Shown: one piece after another, positions 22,664-35,805 of the stretch
Numbering within the stretch: the stretch's first letter is position 1
Layout of the letters: every line of letters starts with the position of its first letter
NCBI GenBank assembly: GCA_037447605.1
Contig: CM074807.1
Location: 1,922,001 to 1,986,000 of the forward strand
From: Zygnema circumcarinatum SAG 698-1b
Taxonomy: Eukaryota > Plantae > Zygnematophyceae
DNA length: 64,000 bases
Direction of reading: 5' to 3'
Notes under the pieces: model-generated
What the model saw: the letters and a program-made list of their open reading frames with translations, nothing else
Told to the model about the DNA's origin: nothing
Database searches by the model: none
Position numbers and translations under genes: made by a program

Positions 22664-25600
22664 TCAGGGAGGGGCCTCTGTTCCAAATCTGAGCAATAAC
22701 AACTGATCTAATTCGCGCCCTTTGCTTTCGTCAGCCAGTGGAGCAGCAGGAAGGGCCCTCAGACACTGCAGGACCAGCTGAATGTCGCGGTACAGCCTGC
22801 AGCCCAAACCAGCACTCGACTGCACCCCATCAGATATCTCTTAACTCCATATCATTTCCAGCAGTCGACTTTGCCAACAGTAAAGTTACAGATAATGCAC
22901 GTGCTTTTTAGAAAGTGGCAATCCTGGACTTTGTGTACGCGAACAAAGGTTCAAAAACATCTGCGCTCATGGAACATCGATATGAGAGTGAACGCACCGT
23001 CGCTTTGATTGCGGCGTTAAGACCTCCACCTTCGAGAAAGAGTCCGCTAGTTGTACATGGAATAGTTCCACAACTCTCCTGTGTTGTTTACAAAACTAAC
23101 TATGTTAGATTCTTGCTTGTGATTGCAAGGAGTGAAAGCAAGAATGGCTTTTCCCACTATCAACGTCCCTGCAGAGGGAGGATGTGCTATTCTCGTCACC
23201 ATCAGATCCCCATGCATTCATCACAGCTGCCGGTTTTCTAATCACGGGCAATTTTCATCGGTCTAAAATCACGAGTCTCATTACGTGCTAATTGCATGGC
23301 CGACTATCGGTTTGTCTTCACACTGCCACCTTGTATGTTTTTCAAAGCTGACCCTGTCTGAGTCAGAACGTGCAAAGAAAACGATCAAAAGAGAAACAAC
23401 ATGAAGGAACAAAGTGTTAAGGACTCACGAGAAAATAGATCGCAAGTCCGACTCAAGGAGCAAAGGAGACAACACACGATGAAGAACGCCGACTTCCTGC
23501 ACCTCCAACACGAACTCAGTTAGCTGACCAATCATTAGGAGCAAGAAACCAATATTCTCTTCGGTAGTTATTGTGCATCAAATATAGACCATGTCATTAT
23601 GTAGGCAACTGATCCCTTCACCCAATGAGCTTTAGTGCTTGTGAACAATGGAAAAATCGCGAATGCCAACTGCCACCCCGTTCAAGCTTGCATGCATAGC
23701 CTGACAATCAGGAAGTGGATTTAACTAGCTGCAATTGCCCTACACTCACATAAGGCCAATTGTCTCACAGCAGTGTACTTTGATCACCAAAGCACGCACC
23801 CTCATCCATTGATATCTGTCACTATGACAGCACTCCAATGTCCATGATAGTTTGCATACACACCTATTCTGTCCATATGCCAAAGTAAACGAGAATTGAA
23901 GATGCGGCTAATTTCCTATGTAAATGGGTTTGGCAAAGGGCCGCCGCAATGCTGCACTGCAACCCTGGGATGGGTGGATCATGTGAGCAATGCAAACTTC
24001 TAGCAACTTTCGTCCCAAACATGATGCCCACAATAGAGCTGTATGTACCTTGGTCAGAGCACGGGCAAACTGAGAAGGTAGTTGATCCCCCTCATCGGGC
24101 TTATTCCAGCCATCCGCCATTGCTGGCAGAGAGCGAAGGTGCACCAGCAAACGCTCTCTCATGATGGCTACGAGCTTGGAGTGCACCTCATCTCGGTGCA
24201 CGCGGTAATCCTGTCAGAGATGCAGCCATGTAGAGAATTGACCTTTGAAAGCATCCTTCCCTACTGCAGGTCCACGATTCAAGTCATAACTACTGCTCTT
24301 GTACACTACTTTGTTCAGCCAAACATCAAAAGAATCTAGCTCGCTAAGTTCAGGTTACGGAGCAGTAAGTGCAGAGTGCCTATGGCCAGTCATGATGATC
24401 AATCTTGGGGAGTCTCCAATTAAGTCTCTAGCAGCAGGCGAGGATGAGAACCTCATATATGTTGGCAACGGAGTAGGAGAGCTTAAGGTACTATATGAGA
24501 AGCTCAAGAGGCATTTCCGGACTTTAATATCTGCGGTGTAGGTCATTAATGCCCTCGATGAATGCCAAGAGTAGCCCTTAGGACTGAGTGGAACAGTCGA
24601 AAACGCAGACTTCTCATCCATAGAAACAACTACATAGGTGTGTCCGATCGAAGCCAAGAAACCATTTCGCTGCTTCTCATTCACCAGATCACGAGCCTCC
24701 AGCTCCCTGCTCAGCTGCACCACATACCTGGGCCACCCGGTCAATCTCCATCAGCAAGAGCCCTTTTCTGGCGTCCGGTATGTGCACTGATAAGCTCCTT
24801 CGAATATCTGCACAGAACCACATCAACCAGCGGTTAACGTAAAGTAACAGGGAATCAATACGTTAAGCACCCGCAGAGGGGTTCCAAACAGATAAAAAAA
24901 GCAGCTTCAGGTACTTCTCCAGAGGTGAAAGAAAAATTCACAGTAAAGAAGAAGGTTACAAAGAAGGTTGCAGGTGGAACTGCTCAGTTTGTTCTGTGCT
25001 CCGGTCCTTACCACCAATCAGGGCGTAAAAAACGCTGATGCATTGGCTGGAGAGAGCCAAATGCTTTGCAGTGATAGATTTGAGACCGGACACCTGGCGT
25101 GCCCCTCCAGCAATCCCAACAAACGTAAGTCTACATGAACACCAACATTTAAAGGCATTGCAATTCACAGACTCCATAATAGCACCTCTCATGTCAGCAA
25201 GCACTCCAAGATGCCATAGGAGATCATCAACAAAGGTTCATAGAAGTAGCAAAACAGGCGACCTACACACTATCCAGCGATCTGAATTTGCTCGTCATGG
25301 GGGACTCCTCCCCTAGGCTATTCATCATCATACTCGCATTCCAATCGCAAGAGCATCGGAGTCATAGTTCCTTGAAGAGTAGCCATAGATAGTTCGTTTG
25401 AAACAGAGTACATCAAAAAGACATCACCTCCTGTATCTAGAGTAGCACGTTTTTGTCAGAAGCCAAGGGCTGCGATCACGTCCTATTCTTTTGTCGCTTT
25501 TGCGAACATAACCGACCATGCGAAAAAGGAAAAAACAGACTGCCCACCAATTACTGGTTGCCTCAGCATGCCATGCACCAGACCCACACAAAGTATATGC

Positions 25601-28600
25601 GATGACGGCATTTCCCTTTCGGTGGATGCAAAAGGTGAACAAACACCGTGCCCCGAGCCCCCGTGCACATGCACTAATAGGCATATGAAAGGAATGGCTA
25701 AAGCAGCACATGATGCAGCAGCAGCATATGCCAATTTATTGCCAATCAATTTGATAATTTTCGAGATATATAAACCGAAGTGGGAAGATTCGACAACGAC
25801 AATAAAGGGACAAGTGACAGCCACACAGAACCGTGAAGAATAATTGATCAGCAGATTGCGGAGGTGGTTCCAAGCATGCACATGCAAAACGAGTGAACGA
25901 GTGAAGTGAAAGCAGTCTATTAAAGCCTCGACATGCCAGGCAGCAAAGCTCAAATTGTCGACAATGATTTCAATCATAAAGCAAGGACCCAGTCAATTGA
26001 CGGAAACGTAACATGCCTGCAGGAGTCGATAAAGTAGACTCCTAAAGCATTTCTGCCCATATGCCTGTCAGATGTGAAAATGGCAAACCACCTGCATGGC
26101 GCCAGCCCCCAGGACCAGTTGGCAGGTCCGCGTGTTGAACAGTTTCAAAATTTCCGCCATTCGATGGACCACTTCGGTGGCCATTGCAGGCAACACGTTG
26201 GCCACGTCGAGGTAGTCCGCCACCATCTTCAGCATCATAAGCGCACTGCGCAAGCAGGCAAACAGTCCCTAGCAGTAGGTCAGAGCGCAGAGCGTGGAAC
26301 ATAAGATCCTTGAACCTTGGCCGCCGCCACACAAGCCGGAGACTCTAGTAGCCGGTCAGCAAGAAACAAGCCGAGCATACACGTCAAGAGGGTGATCGAA
26401 TTGACAGTCAAAGGAAGGAACTGATTGCTGCCCTAAGGTAAGCAGATTATGCACGGCTTTAATACACTGTCGTTGTTGGTCTCAACCTAAACTACACCAG
26501 GTACCTTCTCGAAAAGCTGGAGGAAATGTCAGCATTCCATACCAGAACTCGGATTAACCTAACTTAACATCTCTACATTGCTATTGGACCATTGCCCTTC
26601 GCCCTGGCAGACTCAAAATAGGTCTTAGCATGTCAAAATGCGAAAAACAGCAACAGGTGACAAGCGGAACATTGTGCTCACCTGCTGACTACGTGGTAGT
26701 ACTGACCATGCACTTGCAATCTTTTCAGGCTTGACTTTAGGACCTTGGGCTTCACTTGAGACTCTGCCAACCCAGCAACTGCAGGCAGGTGGGCCCGACC
26801 AGCCCCCGAAGCTCCTTGAGATGGCAAGGCCTGCTCTACAGCAGTGACTCCTCGAGGAGGGGGCACATGCGCTTGCGTGCTTTCAGAACTAGCTTCTGAT
26901 GATCTCCCATCTGGGACTGCTTGTTGAAGGATTTCTTGGTTTCTATGCTCTGATGTGGTCGACACAGGCTCATCGCTTGTGCCTGCGACCTTCTGATCAT
27001 GTTCCTCCTTGGGCATATTTTCAACTGCTGTCGAGGCACTGTTTTCAGCCCCTGTTCTTACATCACCTATACCGTTTTCAGCGCCTGATTGAGGGGCTAA
27101 TTGTGCAGAATCCCCACCCATTCCCCCTGAACTTTCTTCTACACGTGCTGCAGGCTCATTACCCGCTTCCCCATTCGCATGAGTTCTAGCATTTGCCAGC
27201 ACAGCTTGACTAGATTCAAGCACTGGCCCTGATGTCCGTGACTCCACTGTCTGGCTAGTTTTCCCTGCCTCCCTTTCTATTGATCCATTTGCAGGAGGCT
27301 GAAGTCCATTGGCAACTTTAGGCAAGGGTGTAAGATCTACTCCAGTACTCATCTCTGCCTCGATCGGCAACTCATCCCCACTGAATGTTCCACTATTCGT
27401 GAGCTCAAATGCAGAATCAGTTGTGAGTGAGTCGACTATTGCTTGAGACTCGTCTGTTGCATCCACTGCCACCCATGTCTCTTGATCAAGGTGTGAAGCA
27501 ATGTTTGACAACTGCATGCCCCAAAACACAGGAGTCAAGTAAGAATTCAACCAAGTAAATGAAGAAAACCTACCCAGTGGTACTGAGCAGATTGCGCACA
27601 TCCGCAACCCCTTCTTGGCAACAGTTACCCTTAGAATCTTTCGACAAAGTTAACATTTTATCAGGTTCATTTGCCACACAGATTCTTTCGGATGAGGTAT
27701 AAATACTCCCCCTCCCAAAAATGTCAAGCTACCACCCCCCTGAATTACGAGAACAGAATGGTCACAAAAAAGTTAACTCGCGATCATGTCCAACTCATAT
27801 CTTACTGTTCATGCACAATCCCTCTGCAAAGCCTTACCCGAGAACTGTGCTGGGCATCGACAAAGGATTTTGACTGCGACTGAAGTGTGCCTCGTATACT
27901 GTAGCCCAGCCGTCCTCCAACCTACAAAAGAGAGCCAGATGATCGAATACATGCAATCAATACACCAAGCTTGCCTCCACGCTGACAATAAGTCTGTTGA
28001 TTCTAGCAAACGCCCATTACACATTCTATTTTGCTGTCTATTAAGAGCAAGTGCAAGATATATTGGAGTGTCTATCCAATGCAGTATAAGAGCATCCCTA
28101 GTCTATAACGCATGCGGCATTTAAAATAACTTAACATTTCAAACAAAACCAGCCCCAGGACAGGTATTCATCATTCAGTCACTTTCTGTTCACAACTATT
28201 ATAATATTTTAGAAACAAAATTCAAAAGCAGTAAAGATAACGCATATTATCAGGGGCAAGGTAAATTGCAATGAACATTTGCCAGATGCTACAGGCTCCT
28301 TTTGCTTGCCCTGCTTCAGCTAATCCACACACCATAAACAAACAACACAATAGTCCAAGCTGACCTGCGTTGCATCCGTTACAAAAAGATAAGTAACAGG
28401 TCTGAGTCTAGCCGTCCAAAAGGACTTGTCCCCGAAAGAAGCGCTCATCCTTGAATCACACGAGGAGCAGCAGGAAACAGATGCCCGACTGTTTGCACTT
28501 GACTTACTGTCTCTGTCGCAGAAATGAAGTCGCTGGTGATGTCATGAATGGCAACAAACTCGTGCAGCTTCAGTTTGGGATGAATGACTGCCCGCACGCC

Positions 28601-31600
28601 CAGCAGCTTGGTCCACCTCCCATGCGCCGCATCGCAAGCAGCACACACCGCCTCTGTGTTCTCCCGCAGCACATCAGCCCTGCAAAATCACATGGGAATT
28701 CAGAGGAGCATAACTTCAGTAATATCATTCAACATAATGACATTGAACAAACTAAAAGATATAGAGCTCCATTGGGCATAGGGTCCCAGGGAGACGCTCA
28801 GTGCGATAAGTCACAGTTCGTCTCTCCTCCCTCAATTTTAGACTATACCAAAGAACACAGATGCAGAATATTCCCGGCTCTCTGCAGTATCCTCGGCACC
28901 ATCTGTGCTTAAAAATGTGGGATCCTATTTTCCCTTACGAGCAAATCAAAGCGATGAGCACCGGCTGTTAAATGCTGTGCCAGTCATGTATTCACAAGTC
29001 CAATGCAAAACAATGTAAATTCCCAGAAGTCCATTGTTTCTATGGCATGCTAAAAGGGGTGCACGAAGAGCCTACCTAAACTGCTTTGAAGTATTCGAGG
29101 CTATCATCACCGCAGTAGTGCCACTGGTTAGCTCGATGCCACCTGGCGCACTGAGAGCCTTGCTTTTGGCTCCTTGCTGAGCTTCCTCATCAGCAGCAGC
29201 TTGCGCTGCCCCCGACACAAAGGCAGCAGTCACCGCATCTGCAGCGTAACCGCCCTGAAGGCCGCCAATGATCTGTTCTATTACCGACCGCACTTCAGCC
29301 GCACGTCTCAATCGTGACTGCAAACACGCAGACACAACGAAACAAGCAGGTGAATTCATCACAACTCAGAGGACATAAGTTCTATCAGTTCCACATGCTC
29401 AGAAACAAGGTCCTTTTACTGCCAAGTACAGGCCAAGACACAGCGACAGACGACTTCAATGTAAGTTACGGCTGTGAGGAAGCAGAATTTGCACCCTAAA
29501 GCCTGCTCTCGGCACAACTCCCAACACCCTCATGCGCCTGCCTTATGCTCAGATCATCACGGAGCCTGTTCAAATTAGGGGAAAGCAAAAAGGGCTCTCA
29601 AATAAACTTCCTCAGAACCGTCCATCCTATTTTATGTACAGATATCTGTGTTTAGGAGTGTCGGGTGGGCTCGATGCAAGTCAGCTAGGAAGCTGAGAGA
29701 CGTAATACCTGGATAGTCACAAACACAGCCAGCAGAAGCTGCACAAAATCCTCTGCTGACAAGCCCTTTAATTTGTTTGCTAATGACTGCCCCCCTGCCT
29801 CCACCCCACACACAGCCTCGTCGCCCATCAGTTCACGGCAGCCTATACATCGAGGCTTCGGAAAACAGCCAAAAGCGAGAAATTAGCGAGATATTACCAT
29901 CGGCATCTGGGGGTGCATCTCCTTCAATTGGGCCTGTGAAAAGCACCGGCAGCAACTCTCCCACTACGCACTTTATAGCAGCTTTGATATCAGTGATCAA
30001 AGTCTCCCTATAGGCTCGCAATACTGCTGGCAGCTTAGACTGCAAAATGTCAACCAAACAGAGAGTAACATTTCGGACTGCTCAGTAAGTCGGTGCCAAT
30101 GTGATGCCATCAGCATGTCAAGTCTGGGCAAATCAATGACTCTCCCACCCTGATGCAGTTCAGAGGGCCTCTAGTGTGGAACCCCCATCACACAGAAAGT
30201 TCAGATGCTTATTCTTGCAATTATCGGACACACAAACTGTAAATCGTAATATACACCACAAAAGCCACGACTGCCTTTGAAAGCTGTCAGCTGAAGCCAC
30301 ACATCAATGATGTAAGACAACCTCCAAAATGCATGTCCGATGCAACAGAGAGAGGTATCCGACTCGATCAAGCCTAAAGCATGCTTTCTCTAAACCATAT
30401 GCAGCCAACCCAACAGAGAGAAAGGCAAATGAGCTTACCCATTGAAGCAATGATCTATCAAGATAAAAATCTGAGGCAAAATAAACATGCCAGCATCCTT
30501 TGCAAGAAAGGAGAAAAATGGCGAGATAGATCCACTTTGAGATGCAAGAACGGGCAATTGAGGTGAGCCAAGAAGTAAATCCCAATAGTAACGAAGTCAA
30601 CACGCATGTTTCTACCCACCGTTCGAAGAAGTCCAACAACAATGGGCAAAAGCTGTTCTCGCAAGCCATCTTTCACGTCCTCATCCTCATAGCTCTGCAA
30701 AGAGGAGCATCACAAGGCAACCATTCATGTTTTCTTATATGAGGGCCCTCTTCCATTCAACCACTCCATTTCAGCCAGGCCGAATTGATGTTGGTGCTAC
30801 TGCGCCTGCAAGAGCTTGAATTTCTCTCAGAAAAAGTAACGTTCCTGACTGCACGATATACTGACAATGCAAGTTACACACCTGCCCAATTCTGTCATTG
30901 TAGAAAACATGTGGACAAGAGTATATTGGTGCTACGTGCTATGACAACATATGCACCAAGAGAGATAGCATCGGTCTCGTGGACGAGCAATCGTGAGCAC
31001 AGGATGGGCTAGTCACGACTCTGCTCAATGAAATAAGTAAGCTCAGGGAAAGGGAAAAAATAAAATTTGATTCTATTTGCTTAGCTGCAGGACAAAGAAT
31101 AGAGAAAAGGCAGAGAAAGTAGGAGAAAAGTGCCCGTGCCCTAAAAGTCCTACCTCTGCCTTGTTCACCTCCAGCAGAACCAATTCCTTGGCTGGCATTC
31201 GTCCCAGCTTTTTGCGTGCATGAAATGCTCCCAAAATATGATTGGGCTCCAAATCTGTCGTCAGATGAATGGCTTCTCGAACGAAGTCCGCCATCAGCAT
31301 GCTGCGTATACAGAAAATTCACGCATGTCTTACAAACTTAGCCTGAACCGCATAGGAGCCCAAGGGGAGTAGACAAAGCTGAGGCATCTCCTATTTGCCA
31401 TTCCTTTTCCCAACAAGGTGCAGGCATTTCATTTCAGTACAGACAAGAATAGTACAGCTCAGAATAACTGTCAAATAGAATAGCTCCGAAGGCGAGGAGA
31501 CCTTAGAAGCGAAAATCCTAGAAAAAATATAAATATGCAAGAAGCAATATCCAAAGGTGATAATGAAAAGCAAGGCTAAACCTAGACCAGCAGGTCATCA

Positions 31601-34600
31601 GGTGTGACTCCAAGCATCTGCCATTGACCTCGCATTGCCGAATCTAGGACAAGCAGGTAAGCAACTTGAACAGCAATCGACAGTTTGTAGGCACAAATCT
31701 ACTCCGACAAGACGGATATCTCGTATACGCACCGCTCCGTCATGTTTAAGGCGACTAGGACTCACCCATTGACTGACTCTGCTGCCTGGTTTAGCTGATC
31801 ACCCAAATGTCGGAAACAGTGCAATCCAACCAAATCGTCACTTTCCTGCAACCATAAAGAACCTCCTTCCTTCAATCCACGTGGTGCCTGTCTCTTGAAA
31901 TCACAATGCCTTACTTAAATGATTTCATTCAGCTGGGCTGGCAGGAAGACTACAATTACGAAGGGTTAAAGGTGAAAAAACTTACCAGCAGCTGTCGCAT
32001 GTCATCGATGACATCCAATGCGGCCGCACAATCTGCTGAAGCAACCAGCTGCAATAAATAAGCCAAAGTCAGCAGCATTTCAATCGTTGAGACAGCATTC
32101 AAGCGTCAAGAAAAAAACCAGAGCAACGCCAGGGCCAAGTTGTAAGTGTTACTTTCAAATAGCTAGATCTCTTCAAGTAAGCCCGAAAAATAACCAGTCA
32201 ATACACCAAACATGGGGAATCGAGCACTAACGAGTGCATTGGGACTTATAAGAGAAGGACATGAAATCCACAGGATCATCAAACAAGATGCGAAAGAAGA
32301 AAAGTCCAAATGCAACTCAACGGCCCATCAGGAGAAAGCAATAGGAAAACTATGCAACAACGTAACACTAGCAGCGCCTTCTATCGCTGCATGTCCTGAA
32401 CATATAACTTCTTATAACGAATACAACGTGCTGACGCCTTTAAAGAACACTAGAAAGGTTCCTGATTTGTGCATCATGCTACACAAAAATTACATCATTC
32501 TGAGCTCACCAAAAAAGGGCTTTGCATTCGTAAGGCAATGGCATGAGGTGGCCATCGCATTGGAAAAGACAGAGTAATCATGTAGAACAGTATATACAGT
32601 TATTGACCATCTGTCGAGCATGCTCACAGAGGTAATACACAAAATAACTCACACACCATAGGCATTCTTGAGTGCAAGGGTAAAAGGCAGAATGTTGGTG
32701 GATGGTGCATGGTGCATGGCCTAGATGGTAGCAGACGGAGATGAAAGTGGTAAGTGGAGGACTGCACGGAATCAAAAGAAGTTTTACAGAAAGGGCAGCT
32801 AGCAAATGGTATGAATACGGGAAACGCAGGAGACCCAAGTGCAGAGCTCAGAAGTGACAGTCGACTGTAAAGCAGGATTTCGCACGTTAACCCTTGACTA
32901 CAAGCCATTGGCATTTCTACAGATGAAGTTTTTGAAGGTGGGCAGTTGTGGGGTGAGATTTGAGATGCACCCCCTGTAGGATTCAAACATGAAAATAAAT
33001 TGGCTATAGCCAGTAACTGAAGTCTTCAATAATGTAAACCTTCAAAGGTCTTATTGCAATGCATGCAAAGGGAAGAAAGGTTCAGAAAAACTAGCTGTTG
33101 GTACAGTCACAGTCATCGCTGCTATAAAACTAAAGCATGGTCAGCTGTTAAAGTTTTCCCAGACAAAAGCGTGCGTGGAAAAAATCTGGAAAAGTTTCAG
33201 CAAAGCTGAGACACCTCGTTACTTTGTTCACAATAACGGAGCTCATGGCTTATGCTACCTTGACTAAGTGAAACTTGATATTAGTCTATTGGCAATACTG
33301 TCAATTTCAGACCACGTATTGAAAGTTTCACATGTAATGGAGGTGTAGGCTCGTGATGAAGTCCTTACGTATCGTTTGAGCTTTCTCAAATAATTATCGG
33401 GGGGTATGAGCTTTCATTGAGGACTTGCTTCTTGACGAAAAGCAAGCATGCGCCGCTATATCTACACAAATAGCTCTGGTGTAGATCCTCTGGTATTGTA
33501 AACCCAAGATAATTAGTTTGAAGGGTATACGTCATTGCTCGAAGGTAGTATGTCAGAGAGAAGGAGAGCCTGAGGTAGGCAAAGGCTATTGGAAAGGCAC
33601 CCGTTCGGAAGAGGCATTAAAGACCAAAAGGGACGAGGAAACAGAAGACTTAGAGGTTAGAAAGAGCGAACAGCAGACTGCCTTCGATCCAACATCTCAT
33701 GGCTGGCTTAAAGTAGAAGGTGCCATCTGCCAGGACGTACCAATCGAAGGGTTTGCAATGCATGGTTGACGTACGATAACAGCTTCAATTTCTGATGAAG
33801 GGCCAGTAGATTGTTCCGGCGCATGTTTGCAAGGTGTATCCTTCTAGCGGCATCCACAATGTCCTTGTCCAGCAGACTCACGGTACTCTGCAAATGTCGG
33901 ATCTGGTTGCAAGCAACCACTATCCGGCCGTTGAGCTCCTCAAGCTGCCCTAGTGCCTCGAAGAAGGAGTCGGACCGAGAAGAAATCTCTTTGACCAAAT
34001 GTACCTCCACCAGGTCCAGATAGTGTGAAAGCTTCTCCTGGAGCATCATGTTTGCTTGAATGGTGGTAAACGGGCATGCCGCTTGAAATGTGGCTCCATT
34101 TTCTAGCGCAAAGTCCTCGTCAAAATACAGCGGCGGAATCTCTCGAAGGCAAGCAAGCAACCCTTCCCCTTGTCCACGAGCTTCTGCATCCTCACCCCCT
34201 CCACTCGGCGCGCTTCCTGAGATGACTCCGGCTGAAGTTTGTTCCCAGGTTGCATGTTCTCGCACATCTATGAAACGGCTGCAAGCCGCTGAATTTTTTG
34301 ACAAATAAGGCTCAAAATCGACAATGGAGACCTCTGGGAGTATTCCAGGAGCCAGAGGAGGTGGCAAGTCCTGGGCATTGTCACTGCCGTTGGAAAACAT
34401 CCATGACCAATTGGATTCATTTCCGTAGATCCCAGATTTTCCAAGCTTTGGATTATTAAGTACTGACGCCAAGCTCTGGCCTGTTGCGTACAAGTTGCTG
34501 TCAACTTTTGTAGACCGAGGTGTAGAGACTGCACTGGAGGCCGGAGAAGCCGAAATAGAATTAATAGAGGATTGCCGTGGAAAGTCAGCGGCCATTGCAG

Positions 34601-34652
34601 GAGAGGAAGAGTGTTCAGGTTCCGAGCCTCTCCGACCACGGGAGGCATCCAT
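22664..34652 (-). CDS. VPS54: Vacuolar protein sorting-associated protein 54 (GARP complex subunit); 18 exons
   Basis: Phase-consistent exons: 33741-34652, 31986-32048, 31766-31845, 31169-31301, 30620-30694, 29898-30039, 29709-29794, 29076-29317, 28508-28679, 27838-27921, 26682-27511, 26092-26245, 25012-25093, 24728-24807, 24049-24210, 23429-23496, 22998-23078, 22664-22796. Motifs QSLASVLNNP, QEKLSHYLDLVEVHLVKEIS, LDQETW, LKLFNTRTCQLVLGAGAMQVSGLKSITAKHLAL and HRDEVHSKLVAIMRER. Confidence 0.95.
24354..24540 (+). pseudogene. Decayed WDR74/NSA1-like gene fragment, antisense within VPS54 intron 24211-24727
   Basis: The + frame reads WPVMMINLGESPIKSLAAGEDENLIYVGNGVGELK...RTLISAV, then a stop. This resembles my recollection of plant WDR74 (RRPVxSFDFRExPIxxxAEDxDGHTIYVGN...TRQLISAV). 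There is no start codon in context and stop codons lie nearby. Confidence 0.55.
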
Positions 34653-35805
34653 ACTGCTGCTTACACCAGGACGACAAGATTCGCGGTTAGCGCTCCCGCA
34701 AGGGAGTCACTATGCCGCTACGCCACTATGCACATAGCCGCTGCATGCCCTCCTCCCGCCCCTCTCCGTCTCCCCGTCCGCTCTCGCGCCTGTGGCCCGC
34801 CATGACAGCCGGCAGCGGAGAAGCAGAAAGCGAAGCACCTTGACCCTTGCTCTCGACCTCTGGGGCTGCCTGCCTCCTACTGCGCGCGGCCGTACAGTGC
34901 GGAATCGTACGGACGGAAACTACGGAAGTCAACCATGGATTGCAGTACAGCCGCTGCCCTGTCACATGTCGCTGTTGAGCGTCGAGTCGCCGCTGCCAGG
35001 AACCGAACGGGCGACCTCCTCCTTTCGCGAACGACACACGGTTCCGAACGGCGCATGGAAAGCCGTGGACCGTGCACGACATGGCATGGCCGCAGGCCGC
35101 CGCAGCGAGCCCGAGCCCGCAGCAGGCAGCACGCAGCACGCCTGTCAACGCCCCACAACCTGTCTGCCTCAGTTTCCAACTGCGAAAGAGGAGGAGAAAG
35201 TCGTTAGTTTTTGCGGACATACATATGATACTGGTACGGACATGACATGGGCTAATTTATAATAATTAGAAAATCCTGGAGTAGGGACGCCAGCCACAAA
35301 TTGTTAGTTGTCGAGGCTGAACATAGAACTACTGGCAGTTACACATTTCTGAGCGAATAGATCGCCCGTCGCAAAGGATCTCGGGTGTTCATCAAGTTTG
35401 ATGTAAATTTCTCCCCAGTGTAAATGAATGAATTAAACAATTTTCTTAAAAGGCATTCGTTTAGACACCTGCACATTGCAGTCGTGAGAATGTCCCGGCG
35501 TTGCAGCAATATTACTGAAAAAATGTACAACGGATGTGTTGACATTCAAGAAACCCCAGGACCGTTCTTTACCCATACACAGGCCGAGGCCTCCTCCCTT
35601 GCACCCTCTAAATTGGTTTCCCAAAATTGCCACATCAAAAGGCTGCTGCTTTCAGCAAAAACGATAACCCGCAAAATTTCTCCGATCCTACTGGTGCTGT
35701 GAGGAGCAACACCAGGCCCTGCTGTTAAATGATGACCAGCCGCCCGACAAATCACTGCCCACGCCCCTGTGGGGGACTCGCTTCTCCAACTGCCGTGCGC
35801 CTTTC

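Noticed and set aside
24541-24570. VINALDEC, resembling a NACHT/NB Walker B motif
   Set aside because: It is only 10 codons flanked by stops, with no P-loop nearby; more likely chance or a decayed WDR74 tail.
25483-25990. ORFs on both strands in a VPS54 intron with faint copia gag-like wording (KPKWEDSTTTIK)
   Set aside because: No zinc knuckle, protease, integrase, RT or LTR is visible; the similarity is too weak to call.
26682-27511. Long low-complexity Ser/Ala/Glu region in VPS54 exon 11
   Set aside because: Variable disordered linkers after the LDQETW motif are ordinary in plant VPS54.
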